The position numbers were made by a program, and so were the translations under genes. The notes under the pieces are model-generated. The model was not told the origin of the DNA and searched no databases. It was given only the letters and a program-made list of their open reading frames with translations. Shown here in pieces: positions 60,566 through 64,000 of a DNA stretch of 64,000 bases. How positions within the stretch are numbered: position 1 is the stretch's first letter; each line of letters starts with the position of its first letter. Source of the DNA: Eutreptiella sp. 'Long Island Sound 2002' (lineage: Eukaryota; Protista; Euglenida); contig OZ038378.1 in assembly GCA_964036045.1 (NCBI GenBank), positions 189,410,001 to 189,474,000 on the forward strand, given 5' to 3'.

Positions 60566-61354
60566 CGCGGAGGCAACATAGCACATAACGCAGCACTGCA
60601 GGCCAAAGCCGGCAGAGGCACACAATGCAACTCGCCAGCACACAACAGCACACAGCAGCACACAACTACAGAAGAGCAAAGCAAAGTAGTATACCACAAC
60701 AACAGTGGCGGACATCCACACCACCCGCCGCGAACACCAACACCAGCCAAACACCCAACACCCAGGGTGGGAGCCAAACCCACCACACGGGCACTTCACC
60801 CACACCCAGCCACCGCCGCCCACAAACAAGGCACACACAGGGAGCACCACCAAGAGCCCAAGACCCCACACCCCAACGCCAACACGGCGCCCACCACACA
60901 CGCGACAACCAAGGCCACACTTACACACAACATAGAAGGGATGCTTCCCTGATGCACTCCCGGGAGCCATCACCATCCCGACCACACCGGGAGGGGAAGG
61001 CAACCCAAACCTAAGTAAGGGGGTCGCCCTGCGGGGGGTTGGCAGCCGGCTACGCGGTTGTCCATTGGGCAGCGACCTAAAACATGTACTGCCCGCGAGT
61101 AGCTAAGTTCTGTCACCAAGGCCTAGTGCAGGGGCCTTGGGCACGCTTATGAGACACAGCGTCCAAACCATTGGTGGTCACTGCACACGACCAACCAGGG
61201 GGTGGACTCACACGACTCCCTAGCTCCGAGGCGTGGACAGCCCGGAGTGAAGTCCTCAAACGGGGAGCCCCTCAGCAGCCCAGAAAGCAAAAGAGCAGCA
61301 ACGCAACACATTCACCCCAGAACAACCCCAACAAACACCAGTGACAGGTCAGTT

Positions 61355-61405
61355 TGTAGATTTGGAGACATATGCAAAAGTGCCTGGTGCCCCTTGCACC
61401 ACCCA
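61355..61405 (+). other. Nab2-type CCCH zinc-finger motif within low-complexity ORF 61202-62542
   Basis: CRFGDICKSAWCPLHHP fits C-x5-C-x4-C-x3-H. Confidence 0.55.
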
Positions 61406-61860
61406 ACTGCGAGTGGGACAACCCAACAGCCACAATGGGATGCGGGGAGCGACATGCTACCCCCTTGGCGCCGCAGACCAGAAGCAGTGAGCAGGCCAGC
61501 AGAAAAAGAAAGAGCCCGAAACTGGGAGGAACGCAAGCAGCAAAACAGCTGGGCACAAGGCCGCCCTACACACGGCAGGGAGACGAGCCCCAACAGGTCA
61601 CACGACAAGACACAAGGGAACCATGAGGTGCGAGCACTGCAGCAACCACCAAATGCAGCGCACGCCGAGCGAGCCATCAGCAAACACCCCCCCTCCCTCT
61701 ACAAGGTGCCCACGTACTCCACAAGGGCGGGGGCCGCGCCCTGCGCTCCGGGAGGTGCCCGCCACGGGGGTGGCAACAGGGCCGTGAACAGCCAACCGGG
61801 CACGGGGCAGTCCACGTTGTGTGGAGATGTGAAATCCTCGTATGGGGGGGCAGGCGGGTG

Positions 61861-63600
61861 GGACAGGAGGGGGTGCGCGACATGGGCACCCAGGAGCGCC
61901 ACCAGACAGGGGGAGGAGCAACACAGACACAAAGAACGCGGGAGCCACACCAGGAGGGACAAGGGCGGGCATAGCAGACAAGGAGGAGGGGCACAGCAAG
62001 GCGGGAGAGGCAACTGGAACAGCGGGAACAGAGAACCAGAATGGAGCGGATGGCAGAGCGTGCGCATGGGAGGCAGCGACATTAAAGGGGATGGCCTGGC
62101 CAGCCAACCCCGTCGCTACCGGGTGCCAGGGCAACCCCTGCTCAACCGGCATCAGGTGGGGGGGTGTCTCCCGCAGCCCAGATGGGCTGTTTGCGCAACA
62201 GGAGTGGGAGCCCATCAGGGGCGGACCAACCGTGAGGGGGAAAAGAACATATGGTGGACGGCCCGGAAAGCGCGTGGAGGAACAGGGCACCTGGGCCGCA
62301 CAGAAACACAGCGAGGCAGGCGATGGACGGCCTGTGGACAGAGGTGTGTGGACAGCAAACACAGTCAAACGACCCCGGCAACAACCAGCACATTCTCAAT
62401 ATGCCAACTATTGGGCGCCGCTGACACGCAAACAGCACACCATGCCACATTCAGCACAGTCCCAACACGCCAACTACTGGGCTCCGCGAACGCGGAAACG
62501 GCACCAGCAAGAGCACCGGCCGCAGCGGCCGACAGAAAGTAGCGACCCGACGCAACATGCGAAGGGAAGAACGGGTGACCGTCCAGGGCCCCGTAAAGGA
62601 GCAACAACCAGACGGAATGTCACACAGGGGGTGACCAAAACGTCTTGATATCGGTCACCGCACCCGCCAGGCAGACCGGTACCACAGCCGCATCCGTCGC
62701 CTCGCCATGAGATGCCCTCTGCACGTCCACATCTGACCGCCACACATGCGGTTTGTGCCGAGGAGTTGGCACTGATGTTGACAGCGGCACCCTGTGTCAG
62801 GGAGCGGGAGTGCGGGGGGGGGGGGAGGACAGGAGGGGGTGCGTGACAGGGGCACCCAGGAGCGCCAACAGACAGGGGGGGGAGCAACACAGACACACAG
62901 AACGCAGGAGCCACACCAGGAGGGACAAGGGCAAGCACAGCAGACAAGGAGGAGGGGCACAGCAAGGTAGGAGAGCTAACCATAACAGCGGGAACAGGGA
63001 ACCAGAATGGAGCGGATGGGAGAGCGTGCGCATGGGAGGCAGCGACACTAAAGGGGATGGCTTGGCCAGCCAGCCCCGTCGCTACCAGGTGCCAGGGCAA
63101 CCCCTGCTCAAACGGCATCAGGTGGCGGGTGTCTCCCACAGCCCAGATGGGCTGTTTGCGCAACAGGAGCGGGAGCCTATCAGGGGCAGACCAGCCATGA
63201 GGGGGAAAGGGATATATGGTGGACGGCCGGGACAGCGCGTGGAGGAACAGGGCACCTGGGCCTCACGCACACAGAACCACAGCGAGGCAGGCTATGGACG
63301 GCCTGTGGACAGAGGCGCGTGGACAGCAAAAACAGTCAAACGACCCCGGCAACAACCAGCACATCCTCAATACGCCAACGACTGGGCGCCGCTGACGCGC
63401 AAACGGCACACCATGCCACATTCAGCACAGCCCCAACACACCAACTACTGGGCTCCGCAAACGCGGAAATGACACCAGCAAGAGCACCGGCCGCAGCGGC
63501 CGACAGAAAGCAGCAACCCGGCGCAACATGCGAAGGGAAGAACGGGTGACTGTCCAGGGCCCCGTAAAGGAACAACAACCCGACGGAATGTCACACAGGG
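61861..63600 (+). repeat. Two direct copies of a module of about 770 bp (period about 967 bp), with dispersed partial copies
   Basis: 61861-62632 matches 62828-63600. A near-identical 3' portion is at 54955-55400, with fragments at about 50885-51060 and 57225-57300. Most copies end in GACGGAATGTCACACA followed by a G-rich tract. Confidence 0.85.
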
Positions 63601-63963
63601 CGGGGGGGGGCACTCAAGGCGGCCACGGCCGCCGGTTGTACCTGTGCACCCGCCCACTTGTTGGTGTCCTCAACGCGGGATATCTTCGTGTCGCATTCTT
63701 TTGAGGCAGAACGGTACCTTTGGTCTTCGAGGCCACTCACGAGCCAATTTTCCTTCTGCCTTTTGCTTTTGTGCGCACATGCCGTAGCTCAGGCTTCCTC
63801 CGGCGGCCGCGGGTGGGGGGGGGGGGGTCCAGCACTTTCTTGTCGTCCTCAATGCATCGGGGGAATACATAGGTCACCGGCGGTCTGGGCGGCCGCGGGT
63901 CCAGCCACTGCGGCGCGCTGTGGCCGTGTCTGCGGCCGCTCTGGTGGGGGCCACTCTTCTCCC

Positions 63964-64000
63964 AGACCGAAAGGCGCCTATGGTCTCACTGATGAGGCCT
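63964..64000 (+). ncRNA. Candidate minimal hammerhead ribozyme core (type II topology, probably dimer-dependent), truncated by the window edge
   Basis: AGACC-GAA-A-GGCGCC-T-A-TGGTCTCA-CTGATGA-GGCCT contains all conserved core residues. Stem II has 4 of 5 pairs, stem III is the palindrome AGGCGCCT, and stem I is only 2-3 bp. Confidence 0.45.

Noticed and set aside
61202-63472. Long ORFs (446, 268, 239 aa and others) as ordinary host genes
   Set aside because: They are low-complexity translations of the tandem module. Only the CCCH motif was retained.
1-64000. rRNA, intact tRNA, spliced-leader RNA gene, reverse transcriptase, prokaryotic operon or defence system
   Set aside because: I saw no diagnostic sequence for any of these by eye; a covariance-model or HMM scan would be needed to exclude them formally.

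Overview
This is eukaryotic nuclear DNA, intron-rich and very repeat-dense. A euglenozoan (euglenid-like) origin is my inference only. Most ORFs in the supplied track are spurious; the real genes have to be spliced together by hand. I could reconstruct six protein genes, all on the + strand, with canonical GT-AG introns whose phases match wherever I could fix both junctions. (1) A 4-exon calpain-family protease with an intact Cys/His/Asn triad, one in-frame TGA at a conserved Trp, and three unrecognised Cys-rich C-terminal repeats. (2) A 2-exon bestrophin-like channel with a 1-nt frameshift in a G run. (3) An intronless DUF1769 protein. (4) A 2-exon GT23/FUT8-like fucosyltransferase. (5) A 3-exon AlkB-like 2OG-Fe(II) oxygenase. 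(6) A secreted DUF4215-repeat protein with at least 5 exons that probably continues past the window. The rest is largely transposon-derived: PIF/Harbinger deletion derivatives with two DDE transposase fragments, C-run/G-run MITEs, a 2.5-kb inverted-repeat-bounded element, a segment flanked by a 30-bp direct repeat, and mini- and microsatellites. The most unusual part is 58.6-64 kb. It is a strand-biased repetitive region inside an apparent intron, encoding a J-domain (HPD) and a CCCH finger, and it ends at the window edge in a motif with every conserved core nucleotide of a hammerhead ribozyme. No database searches or folding programs were run.
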